Positions 27,699-44,534 of a stretch of DNA of 64,000 nucleotides are shown in pieces (positions within the stretch are counted from its first letter, which is position 1; each line of letters begins with the position of its first letter). The position numbers were made by a program, and so were the translations under genes. The DNA is taken from the NCBI GenBank assembly GCA_964016885.1, contig OZ024742.1, positions 150,102,001-150,166,000 on the forward strand, given 5' to 3'. The notes beneath the pieces are model-generated. The model saw only the letters and a list, made by a program, of their open reading frames with translations. It did no database searches and was not told the DNA's origin. Origin of the DNA: Eledone cirrhosa. Taxonomy: Eukaryota.

Positions 27699-27847
27699 TC
27701 AGTCAATGGCAACATTGAGGACCGAGTATATTAGATTACCGATATAAAAGACACAGAAGCGAGAAGCGAAAACCAACCAAACAGTGAGTGTGTTCTGTTA
27801 TTAATTCTGGTAATATTACACAAATATGACGCTCCCCAAGTATAACA

Positions 27848-27950
<103 letters not shown>

Positions 27951-28334
27951 TGAGTGTGTATATTATTCTAAGTTTTATATATCTATTTCCTCAACCTCGC
28001 TCTCTCTCCCGCCATTCGTTCACCGCTCTTTGCCACCATTCTCTTTCACTCTCTCCCTCTCTTACACACACATACATACATATACTCATGCATCTATACA
28101 CACACATACATGCATACTCACGTGCACGCACACACACACACACAAACACACACGCGCGTGCGCGCATACCCACACATATGTAGGCACACAGAAACCCACG
28201 TGCGCACGCAGACACACGCACACCAGTTCACTGACCAGCAACAATCCAAAGTAAAAAGACCATCTCATCGTATTTTTACGAATAGTCATCTCGGTGTATA
28301 TGTGTGTGTGTATGTGTATGTGTGTATATATACA

Positions 28335-28460
<126 letters not shown>

Positions 28461-28466
28461 TATATA

Positions 28467-28505
<39 letters not shown>

Positions 28506-28574
28506 TATATATATATATGTATATATTGTATATATATATATATACAATATATATATATATATATATATATATAC

Positions 28575-28630
<56 letters not shown>

Positions 28631-28633
28631 CTG

Positions 28634-28712
<79 letters not shown>

Positions 28713-29315
28713 ATACACATACACACATACACATACCCTTAGCGGCGATGAACGAAATAAAACATGTTATTTACAGCCAGATTTATAAATTTACGGGATT
28801 GTTTACCCACGTGCTGTTCGGATTGATGCTGCTTTTACTAGGAATTGTTGTTGACGTGTTCGTGACTGGAATGTGTGTGGAGACTTTAGTTATATAAAAT
28901 CTGGAACTGAAACTTGAACACATTATGCTATACGATCTGGGATCTTAAACATATGGGGGAGGCGGTTTTATGTATATATCCAGCATGTAATTCTTGTTAC
29001 TAGATGTAATGTTATGTTTGAGTGATAGTATAAATCCAACTATTTTTTACTTTTGAGCGATCTACATATGTTGTATAATTTAGACTGATTGGTTATCTAA
29101 TGACAATCCTATTTCTATATAAGCCCTAGACAATCGGGACATTGTGGCTGATTGGTCTAGCCTATACGGTTAATATACATGTGTAGTAACTCTTTGCCAG
29201 TTGGTTTTACAGTAACTAAAATAATATTGTGGGGCTTTTGCTGCAGCTCTATTTTATAGTAACCCCGCTTTGCTTGTGTATAGCTTGCTTTATATGCGGT
29301 GCCTGTCGATATACT

Positions 29316-29776
29316 TGTAGCGATTAGCGCCACCTTGCCCGGGGAGAAAAAACTAATTGGAGTTACTTCCCGTTGAATTCTAGAGGATTCCTTGAACTTC
29401 CGGTAAAAGGATATAAATAGAGGGAACGCAAATCAAGCTCTCTCTCTCTTGGCGCCTTCCTTCGAATTGACAACACTGAAGACAAGCATGTTAACTTCTC
29501 TCTAACCACCGATCATGGATCTGGATTATACCAATATGTAGAAGAATATTTACTAACCACAATTGTAACATGGAGCTACAATAAAATGAAGACTTATATT
29601 TGATACTCGTTCCGAGAAACTGCCTACGTTTTATTATTACCTTTGTAATGGGAATTAACTCTCATTCGACATGGTGTTATGTAAAAATATCTTATTCTTT
29701 TCTTTATAAAATTTAGTAGTTAGATTCCGGTGACATTTACTCGAGTAAATAACCCTGGGTCTAGCAACACACTAAA
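29316..29776 (+). repeat. Gypsy 5' LTR
   Basis: TGTAG...CTAAA, internal TATAAAT and AATAAA; preceded by TACT, followed by PBS. Confidence 0.85.
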
Positions 29777-29777
29777 A

Positions 29778-29790
29778 TGGTGACCCCGAC
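29778..29790 (+). promoter_or_regulatory. Primer binding site (tRNA-Trp)
   Basis: TGGTGACCCCGAC is complementary to the GUCGGGGUCACCA 3' end of eukaryotic tRNA-Trp. Confidence 0.8.
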
Positions 29791-31528
29791 ATCTTTCGTA
29801 AGACAATTATTCTTCTCCCGCTTGCCAACAAATGTGCAGACCATACTGGCAAATATAGTCGACACCAGTTCTCTGGACCAAATTGCAGACTCAGCGGATC
29901 GCATAATGGAATTTTATCGAGTGCCTACTTCGGCAGATCCACTCATTGCTTCTTCTACTCTTAAAGCACAGCCTGTTTCACCTCGTGAGGACTCTATACT
30001 GAGAGCCATTGACGCGTTAACTCGTCAAGTGGCTAAACTGTGTCGCGAAAGAACACCATCCAGATGGCGTTCACGGAGTCGGTCTCCTTCTCTTCATCGT
30101 CGTGCCAACCTCCCCACCAACAACTCGTCTTTATGTTGGTATCACGTGCGTTTTCGTGAAAAGGCGAATCATTGTATTCAGCCCTGCTCTTTCGGGACTT
30201 CGGAAAACTAAAATTGGAGAGTCTGGGCACGGCAAACCTCTCCCCCATTAATTCTCCTTATCGTGCCTTTTTCATCAAGGATCGAGTTTCAAACAAATCG
30301 TTTATGGTCAACACAGGATCTAGTTGCAGTATTTGGCCTCTTCGTTTCAGCTGTACCCAACCAAATTTTTCCGGTATTTCCTTGTATGCAGTAAACCAGT
30401 CTCCTATAAAAACTTATGGACAAATATCTTTATCATTGGACCTAGCTTTGCGTCGAGATTTCAAATGGATTTTCGTCGTAGCGGACCTACTCCATCCTAT
30501 TCTCGGTGCGGATTTCTTACACCACTATTCACTGTTAGTAGATGTCAGGAGACAGAAACTTGTGGATGGCACCACATCCTTATCCCGCGTGTTTCATAGC
30601 TGCCTCTGGAAACCAGTTTCATTCTCTTCTTGCCTCGTTTCCCGAGTTAACTGACATTTCATTTAAACCGAACCAAGTAATCCACTCGACTCGACATTTT
30701 ATTACAACAACTGCTTCGCCTGTTTTTTCTCGGCCACGTAGGCTGGCTCCAGACAGGCTAAAAAAAGCCAGGGATGAGTTCGATCACATGCTTCAGCTTG
30801 GTCTTATACGACGGTCCACCAGCCCATGGGCACCCCCGCTTCATTTGGCTCGTAAAGGTGAGGCGGATTTTAGACCTGTGTGTGATTATAGACGATTTAA
30901 CGCTATCACAACACCTGATTGTTATCCTCTACCAAATTTACAGGATTTTTCATCCGCTCTGCATGGATGCAAGATATTTTCTAAAATAGATCTAGTACGC
31001 GCTTACCACCAAATAGCCATGCATCCGGAAGACATACCAAAAACAGCTGTGATCACCCCTTTTCGTTCGTTTGAATTTCTATCCATGCCTTTTGGTTTGC
31101 GGAATGCTTCTAGTACGTTCCAGCGTTTTATCGATGAAGTCACACGTGGATTGGATTTCGTGTTTGCTTACGTTGATGATCTCCTAATAGCCAGTGATTC
31201 GGATGAACACCATCATCAACATCTATCTCAGTTATTTCAACGTCTCCAATCGTACCAAGTCAGAATCAACCCAGCTAAATGTGTGTTTGGTACAGATTCA
31301 CTGGAATTCCTTGGACACCTTATAGATTCAGAAGGCATTATTCGTCCTTTGCCAGCTAAAGTAGAGGCGATTCAGCAATTAGCACCACCAACATCCTTGA
31401 GACAATTACGCCATTTCTTGGGATTAATTAACTTTTATCGTCGCTTTATTCCTAACTGTGCGGACAAGTTGTTCCCCTTGACACAGTTTTTAAGGGCTCC
31501 AAAAAAGAAAGATGCTAAAATTTCACAA
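29791..31528 (+). pseudogene. Gypsy gag-pro-RT, internally deleted and 3' truncated
   Basis: Gag CWYH..F...A..C..PC; protease VNTGS (D to N) and ILGADFL; RT KIDLVRAYHQI, MPFGLRNA, YVDDLL; frameshifts; no RNase H or integrase. Confidence 0.9.
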
Positions 31529-31614
31529 TGGGGCTTTTGCTGCAGCTCTATTTTATAGTAACCCCGCTTTGCTTGTGTATAGCTTGCTTTATATGCGGTG
31601 CCTGTCGATATACT

Positions 31615-32077
31615 TGTAGCGATTAGCGCCACCTTGCCCGGGGAGAAAAAACTAATTGGAGTTACTTCCCGTTGAATTCTAGAGGATTCCTTGAACTTCC
31701 GGTAAAAGGATATAAATAGAGGGAACGCAAATCAAGCTCTCTCTCTCTCTTGGCGCCTTCCTTCGAATTGACAACACTGAAGACAAGCATGTTAACTTCT
31801 CTCTAATCACCGATCATGGATCTGGATTATACCAATATGTAGAAGAATATTTACTAACCACAATTGTAACATGGAGCTACAATAAAATGAAGACTTATAT
31901 TTGATACTCGTTCCGAGAAACTGCCTACGTTTTATCATTACCTTTGTAATGGAAATTAACTCTCATTCGACATGGTGTTATGTAAAAATATCTTATTCTT
32001 TTCTTTATAAAATTTAGTAGTTAGATTCCGGTGACATTTACTCGAGTAAATAATCCTGGGTCTAGCAACACACTAAA
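31615..32077 (+). repeat. Second Gypsy LTR copy
   Basis: Differs from the 5' LTR by 4 substitutions and one CT that I could see; followed by TACT (4-bp TSD). Confidence 0.85.
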
Positions 32078-32804
32078 TACTTGTTATACTCAGCTCTATC
32101 CTGTAATAACCCCACTTCGCTTGTGTATGGCTTGCATTTATGTGTTGCCTGTCTATATGCTTGTGGAACACCCTTGGTCTACGTAATTCAAGTACCTACG
32201 AGTATACCTTGTATATGTATACCATGGCGAGGATTTTAATTACTGTGGTCTTTCTGGATGTACCTTAAGAACATATTAGTGCTTATATAACTCTAAGTTA
32301 CGGAGATCCTATTCACTTGTTTTATTAGGGACCAGCGCTTAAATTCGTCTGGCCTTTTTAAGTGCTTAAAACTCTTTCTTTTTTCTTCTTTCTTTTTTCA
32401 TTTCTTTCTTTTTAAAATTAAAATAAAATTTGTTTGCCTTTTTATTTACTTTTTATCTCTTTATATTATCTTCCTTTTACTTTTTCATTATGTTTTAACC
32501 ATTATTTGTATTTTTTGTTTTTGTGTGACATCAATTGTATTTACATCTTGTGAGATCTGCTTGTGCCCTAGCATTTAGCTGTGGTGCTTAACAACCCCAA
32601 CATGTATTCTCTCCTTATTCGCCATCTCCAGTCTCCCTATCTTTACCCTCTATTGTATTCCAATTGTTCGTGTGACTAATCTTGGTAGAGTTTATACTCA
32701 GCACTGTGTTTATTAAGCTCTGATACATCCTACCCAACGGTATGGATGAAACATTGTAAGCAAATAAAAACTGTTTGAGTATGTAAGCGTTCTTTGGTTT
32801 CTTT

Positions 32805-32890
<86 letters not shown>

Positions 32891-32904
32891 TCTATATATA
32901 TGTC

Positions 32905-32960
<56 letters not shown>

Positions 32961-32979
32961 CACATATATATATGAGTCA

Positions 32980-33028
32980 GCTTCCTGATGATTTCTCAAG
33001 AATGAAACAGTTCTAGTCCTGTAGAACC
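32980..33028 (+). ncRNA. Type I hammerhead (family G, both core halves present)
   Basis: gcttc-CTGATGA-t ttct ca agaa t-GAAA-cag/ctg-TA-gaacc (gaagc in paralogs at ~24845 and ~25270). Confidence 0.7.
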
Positions 33029-33110
33029 TTTTTATATATTAAACATTTATACTCTGCTATGCATTGAGTATCTTACTTACTGTGGTTACCCCCGATTAAA
33101 CCCGGAATAT

Positions 33111-33168
<58 letters not shown>

Positions 33169-33261
33169 GGAAAATTTGAACAGGAACAAAACAGAGAGGC
33201 AGTACAACGAATGTTTATTAATTCCACGCTCTAGAGAGTGGGGTTATGTATATATATATAT

Positions 33262-33487
33262 CACCTTGATCACCTTGACCGACCAGTCTGCCGGGCGCCG
33301 ATCGGCGCCGCTGGTCACAGCACGTCGTGCTGTTTTAGCCATAAGATTACGCCATCCCACTGGCTAGGCGGGCAGGCCGGTACTCATTTCTACAGCTGAG
33401 TAAACTGGAGCAACGTGAAATAAAGTGTCTTGCTCAACGAAACAACACATCACCCGCTCGCAGCCTTTCGATTGCAAGCCCAATGAG
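33262..33487 (-). mobile_element. CORE-like tRNA SINE
   Basis: ctggagcaacgtgaaataaagtgtcttgctcaa; related copies at ~58005-58126 (-) and ~46600-46708 (+). Confidence 0.6.
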
Positions 33488-33845
33488 TGAGAAATGAAAT
33501 TTCGTTTTCATTTTATTACAACTCATCGTTTTCGATGTGCCTGACCGATTTAACTCACTCGATATGCAAATTAGGCCGCTCAGCCGTTAATTTTCATAAG
33601 GAAAGTATATACTTTCGAACGTTCAACTATCTGGCAGATGGGTATACGGTGCTGATGATAGCTAACAAGCTTGAAACTAGTACATCGTTCCTGTGTCAGT
33701 GTTGAACAAAAAAGTGACGTGGTTGCCTTAACACCGTGCGGCATAAATTCAGGCTGTTCAGTTTGTTTACAAACGAACAAAGCGGGCGCTATAATAAGCG
33801 TCCGCTAAACTGATACGTACATATATGTATGTGTACCTGTATGTA

Positions 33846-33897
<52 letters not shown>

Positions 33898-34048
33898 TGC
33901 CACTGTACGTCTGTATACATATATGTATGTACGTATACATACATACTTACATTTAAGTAAGTGCCGTACTAAGAGTGAGAAATGAAATTTCGTTTTCATT
34001 TTATTACAACTATATATATATATAAATATATATATAAATATATATACA

Positions 34049-34222
<174 letters not shown>

Positions 34223-34674
34223 GATAAATCTACCAAAATATACGGTAGTGTCCAAACCGTATGAAGAACTCAATGTAATCCAAATATCATGAAAAGAGAA
34301 GATGTATTCAAAATTTTTTTTTATGAAAAACACAGGAAAACAGAGTCAAAATAAATTAATAAAAATGATGAATAAAAACAAAGAAACAGTTCCTTATATT
34401 AAAAATTTCATCATTTTCGATCGTTTCTACGATATATATGTGTGTGTTGGTATGTATATCATATAGATCTATGTAAAATTTTTCCAAACTATCAGAGGGA
34501 ATATACATACCTACACATATATATGCTGTCTTCAGAAATTTCTGAAGACAGCATAGATCTATATGATATACATAGATCTATATGATATACATACCAACAC
34601 ACACATATATATCCTAGAAACGATCGTCAATTGATGTTTTTATTCATTATTTTTATTAATTTATATATATATAC

Positions 34675-34712
<38 letters not shown>

Positions 34713-34713
<1 letters not shown>

Positions 34714-35452
34714 AGTTTACATATATATACATACACATACATATACGTGTTTTGCAACTTGTCACTTTTTGGCTCAATGAAAAATTAATAAATTAAACAA
34801 TCAGAGCTATATATCATAAAACATGTCTATAGAATCACAAGATAAAATATATACTATTTCCTCTCCCAATTAGCATAATTAACTATATAAAAAATCGAAT
34901 AGACCAGGCTATAACGAATGAGGCTTCTATGAAGGAATCTCCAACAAATAACCAAAACTAGCGCTTCGCGTCGGCCGTAGTGGAATATTTATCGAATATT
35001 TCGACAGCGTAATCGCCTAGATACAGTCAACTAAGCAGAATTAGGTTTAAAATAAACTAGGAGAAAATAGAATACATTTAAATACCTCTACTATGGTTTC
35101 GTCCGTGTTTTGAGTTTTCCAATAATTATGTAATAATTATATAAACTCGAGCGCCGGATTCTTCAGGAAGCTCGCTCATATCTAGACATTAAATTTTCCA
35201 AAACGATCGCGCCAAGAATTCATTTCAAAATGGCTAAAAATCGTGACGTAGTCGCGGTCAGGTTGGAAGGGGTGTGGTAGTTGCTTACGACTGGTGGCAT
35301 TTTTGCTAGAAAGCACAGCACAATACAGCCAAATTTGTATCTCAACCTAGTGGGAGATTATTACATATAAAAGTTTACATATATATATATACATACACAT
35401 ACATATACGTGTTTTGCAACTGGTCACTTTTTGGCTGAATGAAAAATTAATA
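34713..35452 (-). mobile_element. ~657-bp hammerhead-bearing unit with terminal direct repeat
   Basis: 34713-34788 is repeated at 35371-35450; minus-strand HHR at ~35084-35170; inverted paralog at 44252-44870. Confidence 0.75.
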
Positions 35453-35476
35453 TGTATATATATATATGTATATATG

Positions 35477-35542
<66 letters not shown>

Positions 35543-35544
35543 AG

Positions 35545-35765
35545 GGTAAATATTGATAGGGGTCCTTCTATGCTAGAGACGATGCGTTTTATTTGCGTCT
35601 TAGTACTATTCTTGTGGGTCTTGATGAGGTTGTAGAAAGTGGGCAGTCTGCTATTTCTAGTGGTGTAGTTGAGCTTAACTTTATTTGGGAGTTGTCTTCT
35701 CCTACAGATATCGAACCAGATAGAGTTGGTCTGTTTTTCGATCTGGGCTATAACCTCCTCCTCAT
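35545..35765 (-). pseudogene. Penelope-like RT N-terminal fragment
   Basis: [13 protein letters not shown]...RIVSSIEGP resembles the PLE motif P.FY.L.K.HK...RPIVS. Confidence 0.7.
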
Positions 35766-35785
35766 ATATATATATAAGTATTAAT

Positions 35786-35977
<192 letters not shown>

Positions 35978-36079
35978 CATATATATATATATGTGGCCAG
36001 TGGCGTCATTGAAATATATATCACAGCATTATTATTAAAGGACTTGAACATCTGAAACTACTTCGCTTTTACTTATTCG

Positions 36080-36183
<104 letters not shown>

Positions 36184-36387
36184 TTAATACAATAACAGAG
36201 ATAGCTTAAAGCTAAACTCTGACTGGTAACCATCTCACTCAACAAACATTAGGTTATATGTTAGTATAAACCCAATTTAAGTGTTTGGGGTGCTAACTAT
36301 ATGTATTATGTGGAAAGTCAGTTGTATTATTTTATGAGATATACATATATATATATACATATATATATATACACATATATATACATA

Positions 36388-36553
<166 letters not shown>

Positions 36554-36959
36554 GATATTTATTTATGTATATATATATATTTATTTATACAAAGATCGGA
36601 ATTAAGAGTATTCCGCAGTTCACTGTAATAATAATAATAGTACTAGCTCAAATAAAAATAGAGAATTTTCTTCTGAGCTCAAATGCAAATATATATTACA
36701 CAAAGAGAAGTGTGTTACACACTTCTCTTTGTGTAATATATATTCTCTATTGTGTAATATATATTCTCTCTATATATATACTTAGGTTAAATATTGATGC
36801 AATTCAATTCAAGCACTCAACGTACTTATTCCACATAGGAGTGACGGAGTAAATATCGAATAAGGAAAAGCGAAGTAGTTTCAGTAGTTTCAAGTCTTTT
36901 AATAATAATTATTATTAAAAGAATTGAACATCTGAAACTACTTCGCTTTTCCTTATTCG

Positions 36960-37069
<110 letters not shown>

Positions 37070-37465
37070 TGACGTTATAGTCACTTATATATTATGAAAT
37101 ACTGTTGGCTTCACGCTCACAATAATTCCTATACTTTCATTTATACATGTCTACATATATATATGTATATATATATATGTATATATATATATATTGTTAT
37201 ATTTGGGGAGGGTCATATTTGCGTAATATTGCCAGAATTAATAACAGAACACACTCACTGTTTGGTTGGTTTTCGCTTCTCGCTGTCTTTTATATCTGCG
37301 ATCTAATTTACTCGGTCCTCAATGTTGCCATTGACTGACCGGCGGTCAAAAATAATAATATGTGTATATATATATATATAGGTATATATATATAGGTATA
37401 TATATATATGTATATGTATGTATATATGTATATATGTATATATATATGTTTATATATATATATAC

Positions 37466-37498
<33 letters not shown>

Positions 37499-37506
37499 AA
37501 CATATA

Positions 37507-37594
<88 letters not shown>

Positions 37595-37611
37595 TATATT
37601 TATATATAAAC

Positions 37612-37668
<57 letters not shown>

Positions 37669-37739
37669 GAAGTTTGTTTGTATGTTGACCGCTAATAACA
37701 CAAAATAAAATTTTGGTAATAATTAAGATTTATCGTGGA

Positions 37740-38300
37740 TCGAGATTGTAGGCAAACTGGCGGATATCGATGGACCTGCTCTGCATTTATTAGGCCTTCC
37801 TTGAACCGATAAAATTATTCTTTTTATTTTACCAAAGAGTGAAATTGTGAAAGAAGCTTCATACAACGTAGAAGAAATCATCTCCTATGTTAACGAAAAC
37901 GAGCCCAAACTACTAGATGATCAAAAAGTAGTATATAACATTATACTTGAGTCTATTATCCAACATAATGGTTGCCTATTTTTTTATCGATGCTCTGGGT
38001 GGAACTGGTAAAACCTTCTTGATAAACCTATTGTCTAAAATTCGGCAAGACTAAAAAAAAATAGCTTTAGCGGTTGTTTCATGTGGAATAGTCGCTACAC
38101 TTATATTTGGAGGACGGACAAATCTTTCTGCTTTCAAATTGGACTTGGGCCTCAGTTTGAATGAAATGTCTGTGTGTCATAGAAAGAAGGACTCGGGAGG
38201 TGCCCAAATATTGCAAAGATGTGTGGATCGTTTTGAGGATGAATGCATTGTGACGCACAAACACGCAATGGAGACCTTGATAACATCACTGAAAGATATA
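37740..38300 (+). pseudogene. Helitron Pif1-like helicase fragment
   Basis: DQKVVYNII...DALGGTGKTFLINLL (Walker A), AVVSCGIVATL, DEC; frameshifts and stops. Confidence 0.7.
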
Positions 38301-38329
38301 CGGAACAGCACTACAATCGTTTTAACAAG

Positions 38330-39470
38330 GTACTTCCCACAAACTTTATCAAAGGGGAATCTCGCCGATCAAGTTCGAGCTTGCCTAAAATCGTCAAATT
38401 TATAGCCAAATATCACCAATTCAATATAAGAACCAACATGCGGCACAACCTTATGGTGACAACATTTTCCCACAGTAAAGGGTGTAAATGCTGTGAGGTG
38501 CTTGTTTGTGATACGACCTTTAAAAGTTGCGTTAAGGGCAAGAGTTTCATAGTAGATGGCGGTTTGAGACTTGAATGTATGTCGCAATATGTTATATATG
38601 TTATTCAATGTGATAAGTGCGGTTTGCAATACTTGGGATATACGTCCCAGTCATTACATCGACGACTCAGTGGTCATAGACAGGTATTTTATTATGACAA
38701 CTCTTTATATATATACGAACACTTTAGGCCACATAGGGAGGGTTTCGGTTGTGGTAGGATCCAGATAATTGACCAGGTTCAGGCGAAAGAACCTATGACT
38801 AAACAGGAAATACTGGCTAGGGAGAATTACTGGATAAGTGTTATGCACTATGTGAACTCGCTTGGGTTGAATGATAGAATAGCAGGCTCTGGTATAATAT
38901 CTAAGAAAGAAGATAGAGTTAGTGGCGTTTATTTTTCTCAGCTTGTACTAAGAAGGAAACATAGCCACGATAGCAGGAAGTTTTAAAAAATTAGGAGAGA
39001 TGAAAGTGATACAGAAAATGGTGAAACTGGTCTAATAATAGAGGTCCGGGGATTTTTACCAGTGTTTGTGTGGCTCAGAGCATGTTCCAAGTGCAAGCTA
39101 AAGGATTTGATGAGGTGTAAAGAAAGGATATCCAAGGTTAGTTTTCTGATATATAGTTTCTACAATAGATTACTTCAGGATTAAAATAAGGGTATAAAGA
39201 TCAAAGTTGAATATTTCAGGATTCTAATCGTTAATAAATCGATGGATAGTTTGGGATTGAATTCGATTTGTAGCAATAGGATGCTTGAAAAGATAAAAAT
39301 TAGGAGGATTTGCGTCAGTTATTCATAGGACCGGGAGGATTGTATTTAACTACAATAAACGTTTACGAATATTAATGGCGAGGAATTCATGAAATCTTGC
39401 GGTAGTTTCTGCGATTGCGGAAGTTCTAGGTTATGCTACCACGAAGTAGAGCATGTAATTACTGGTGACG
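38330..39470 (+). pseudogene. Penelope-like GIY-YIG endonuclease region with degraded downstream coding sequence
   Basis: CKCC...VIYVIQCDKCGLQYLGYT...RLSGH...RENYWI...GLND; downstream FCDCGSS...EHVITGD at ~39405-39470. Confidence 0.8.
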
Positions 39471-40035
39471 GAGAAAATCATTAAAAAAAAATAATAACAA
39501 ACATCAACAGCAACAACTACTTTAATACGTACAATAACAACAACAATATATGTAACAATACTAACAAGAAAACACTAACAACAACAAAAATAACAAAGCG
39601 TACATGAAGAAAATGAATAGAAGCAAAATTCCGAACAGGTCGTAGCATCATGTGATGGAATATAATATATCTTAGTATCGATCATTCTTGCGTTCTTCAC
39701 AATTTGCTGCCACAGATCATCATCGCTATCGCTGGTGTCGTCATCGTTGTTATATATATACACATCAAAATAAAATTATTTCAATCACATTATCCCATAA
39801 ATAGCTCAATACTTATTACAGGCTAAAAACCATATTTTGCAGAGTTTCCTTTATACAAATTATATTTCGATATGTAGTATACGGTCATTAGTTTGACAGA
39901 TAACTCTACTTTGCACCGGTAATTACGTCCCTTAGAGCACAATGACTTTTCCTCTATTTTTCTATACGGAGTAATGCATTCTGATGTTAAAATATGTCTC
40001 TACCCATATTATTAAATACTTTGCTTTTATTATTG

Positions 40036-40073
40036 CTTCAGAAGAGCCCCATTGGGCGAAACATATGTAAGAG
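40036..40073 (+). ncRNA. Degenerate hammerhead
   Basis: CAGAAGA-gccc catt gggc-GAAA-catatg-TA; U4 mutated, stem I weak. Confidence 0.5.
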
Positions 40074-40124
40074 TTTTTTATAAATGTGATTTAACAGCTT
40101 GCCTCTCTTTCATTAACATTTTCG

Positions 40125-40210
<86 letters not shown>

Positions 40211-40398
40211 TTATAAAGCTGAGTGTCGTGTGTATGTATTATGTATGTATGTATCCTACACACCTCCCTATAGTTTCTTAGCTTTACTCTCTCCGTCGCT
40301 CTTCCCTCTCTCTATAATAGATCATATCCCCTCTCTATAATTTAACTGCTTTACTCTCTCTGTCGCTCTTCACTCTCTAATTTATAAAGCTGAGCGTC

Positions 40399-40457
<59 letters not shown>

Positions 40458-40900
40458 TCTCTATAATTTAACTGTTTTACTCTCAGTCTCTCCTCACTCT
40501 CTATATGACAACACTCTTTTACTTTCCGTATCTACTTTCAATATGTCAACATAGAGATGAGCGTCGTATGTATGTTTCTTTCAAAAGGGTAACCTCCTTC
40601 AAATTCGGTCAACACACAAGCAGGTAATACATACATCAAAAGCAACCCCCTCTTAGAGAGACAGAGAGTGAAAGAGACAGATTAGGAAAACTACACACAC
40701 ACACATATATAAAGAGAGAGAGAGGAGAGAGGAGAAAGAGAGAGACAGGGAAAGAGAAACAGAGGGACGGGCAAGCAGGTAATACATACATCTAAAATAA
40801 TTTGGATACAAATATCATAATATAATGGTTGCAGAACGAAAATACAGATAAATATAATAATGTATGTATCCCACATACTTTTTCTGTCGTCGCTCGCATA

Positions 40901-41013
<113 letters not shown>

Positions 41014-41267
41014 ACACATACTTTCACACCTGATTTCGCCTATTGCCAAAACAAGACACACAGACACACGCATGCACATACACACATACACAAACACACA
41101 TACACATACGCAAACACACACACACACACATATCTATACTTTATATGTATGTATGTATGTAAGATCATTCCCCCTCTCTATAATTTAACTGCTTTACTCT
41201 CTCTGTCGCTCTTCACTCTCTATATGACAACACTGTTTTAGTTTCCGTAACTCCCTTCAATATATAC

Positions 41268-41382
<115 letters not shown>

Positions 41383-41621
41383 TTAGGAAAACTACACACA
41401 CACACACATCTACAGAGAGAGACAGAAAAACAGAGGGAGGGGAAACGAGAGAGATAGGCCGTTAAACAGAGAGAGATGAATTAAAGTGTTAGTTATTCAG
41501 AGAGAGAGAGAGAGAGAGAGAGTCGGAAGGACAATGTGACACGGGAGGGTGTGTGGTATCTTTGCAGTGGAGTGGTGGGGGCAGGTATACATAGCCGAGC
41601 GCCAGCCGGACGAGCCATCTA

Positions 41622-41656
<35 letters not shown>

Positions 41657-41953
41657 CGAAAATATTAATGAAAGCTGGACGGACGAGCAGAAGGACGTGT
41701 TTTTCCTGCTAGCGGCATATCACAAAATCGAATTTCATCTAAGGATACCGTTCTCAAAATAACAACAATACATGAATTACATCTTGATTGCATGGGAGAA
41801 CCGTTAAAATAATTAAAATGAATAAACGATTTATGTAACACCAGCATATTTATTAATGTTATTATAATACTGAATCTCCATCGTAACTACAAACTACAAA
41901 TATTGGGAGCTTTCTCCTGCTTGCTCCTGTTTTTCCCAAAACATTCTCTTCGG

Positions 41954-42126
<173 letters not shown>

Positions 42127-42544
42127 CACACACCAACAACATGAGACTCAGAGACACGCAAGTGTACACACACAAACAGAAGCAATAATGCACACCTACC
42201 AACTTTATCCAATCGGCACACACATAGCCACACACATAACCACATACACACACACAACCATACCTATGACACACCTGGACCCTCCACGCCCGACCCACTC
42301 CCAAATGCCTAACCACTCGCCTTCCACCCCCAATTTTCTTAACAATCTTTTCGAAACTTTCGTATACCGACCTGTTCTCTCTCGATCCGAACTCCCCGTT
42401 TCCTGACAACGGACTTCCGTCCGAAGTGCCGAAACTTCCTCTACATCCTCCTAAGTGTGATCCTAATAAGACTTTGTATTTTTGCACTCCTGTGATTGTT
42501 TTGTTTTATTTGTTCAACTATATATATATATATATGTTTCTCCA

Positions 42545-42774
42545 GTGCAAGGCTCACCGACATCCAGAGTGGACATTGCACTCAGTGCTCATTTGGGAGC
42601 CCCTACATGGACACACTAGAAGAGGAAGACCAAGGTTAACGTATGTTGATGCCCTAAGGACAGACACTGGTCTGTTGGAGACGCAGGAAATGGCAGCGAT
42701 AATGAGGGACAGAGACCGCTGGAGAGAACTCGTCCATGGATCTCGGGAATTTTACCCGCCTTAGAATAGAATAG

Positions 42775-42776
<2 letters not shown>
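42545..42776 (+). mobile_element. RTE-clade LINE 3' end
   Basis: VLIWEPLHGHTRRGRPRLTYVD...MRDRDRWRELV then (AGAAT)n tail. Confidence 0.75.
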
Positions 42777-44253
<1,477 letters not shown>

Positions 44254-44534
44254 CTTTTCATTAAGCCACAAAGTGACCCGTTGCAAAACACGTATATGTA
44301 TATATGTATATATATATATATATATATGCAAACCTTTATATGTAATAATCTCCTATTAGGTTGAGATACAAATTTGGCTGTATTGTGCTGTGCTTTCTAG
44401 CAAAAAGCCACCAGCCGTAAGCAACTACCACACTCCTTCCAACCTGACCGCTGCTACGTCACGACTCTTAGCCATTTTTGAATGTATTCTTGGCGCGATC
44501 ACTTTGGAAAATTTATTGTCTAGATTAGAGCAAA

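Noticed and set aside
29230-29315. Treating this segment as part of the LTR
   Set aside because: It aligns with the host repeat at ~1090-1170, and the TGTAG start with TACT TSD places the LTR boundary at 29316
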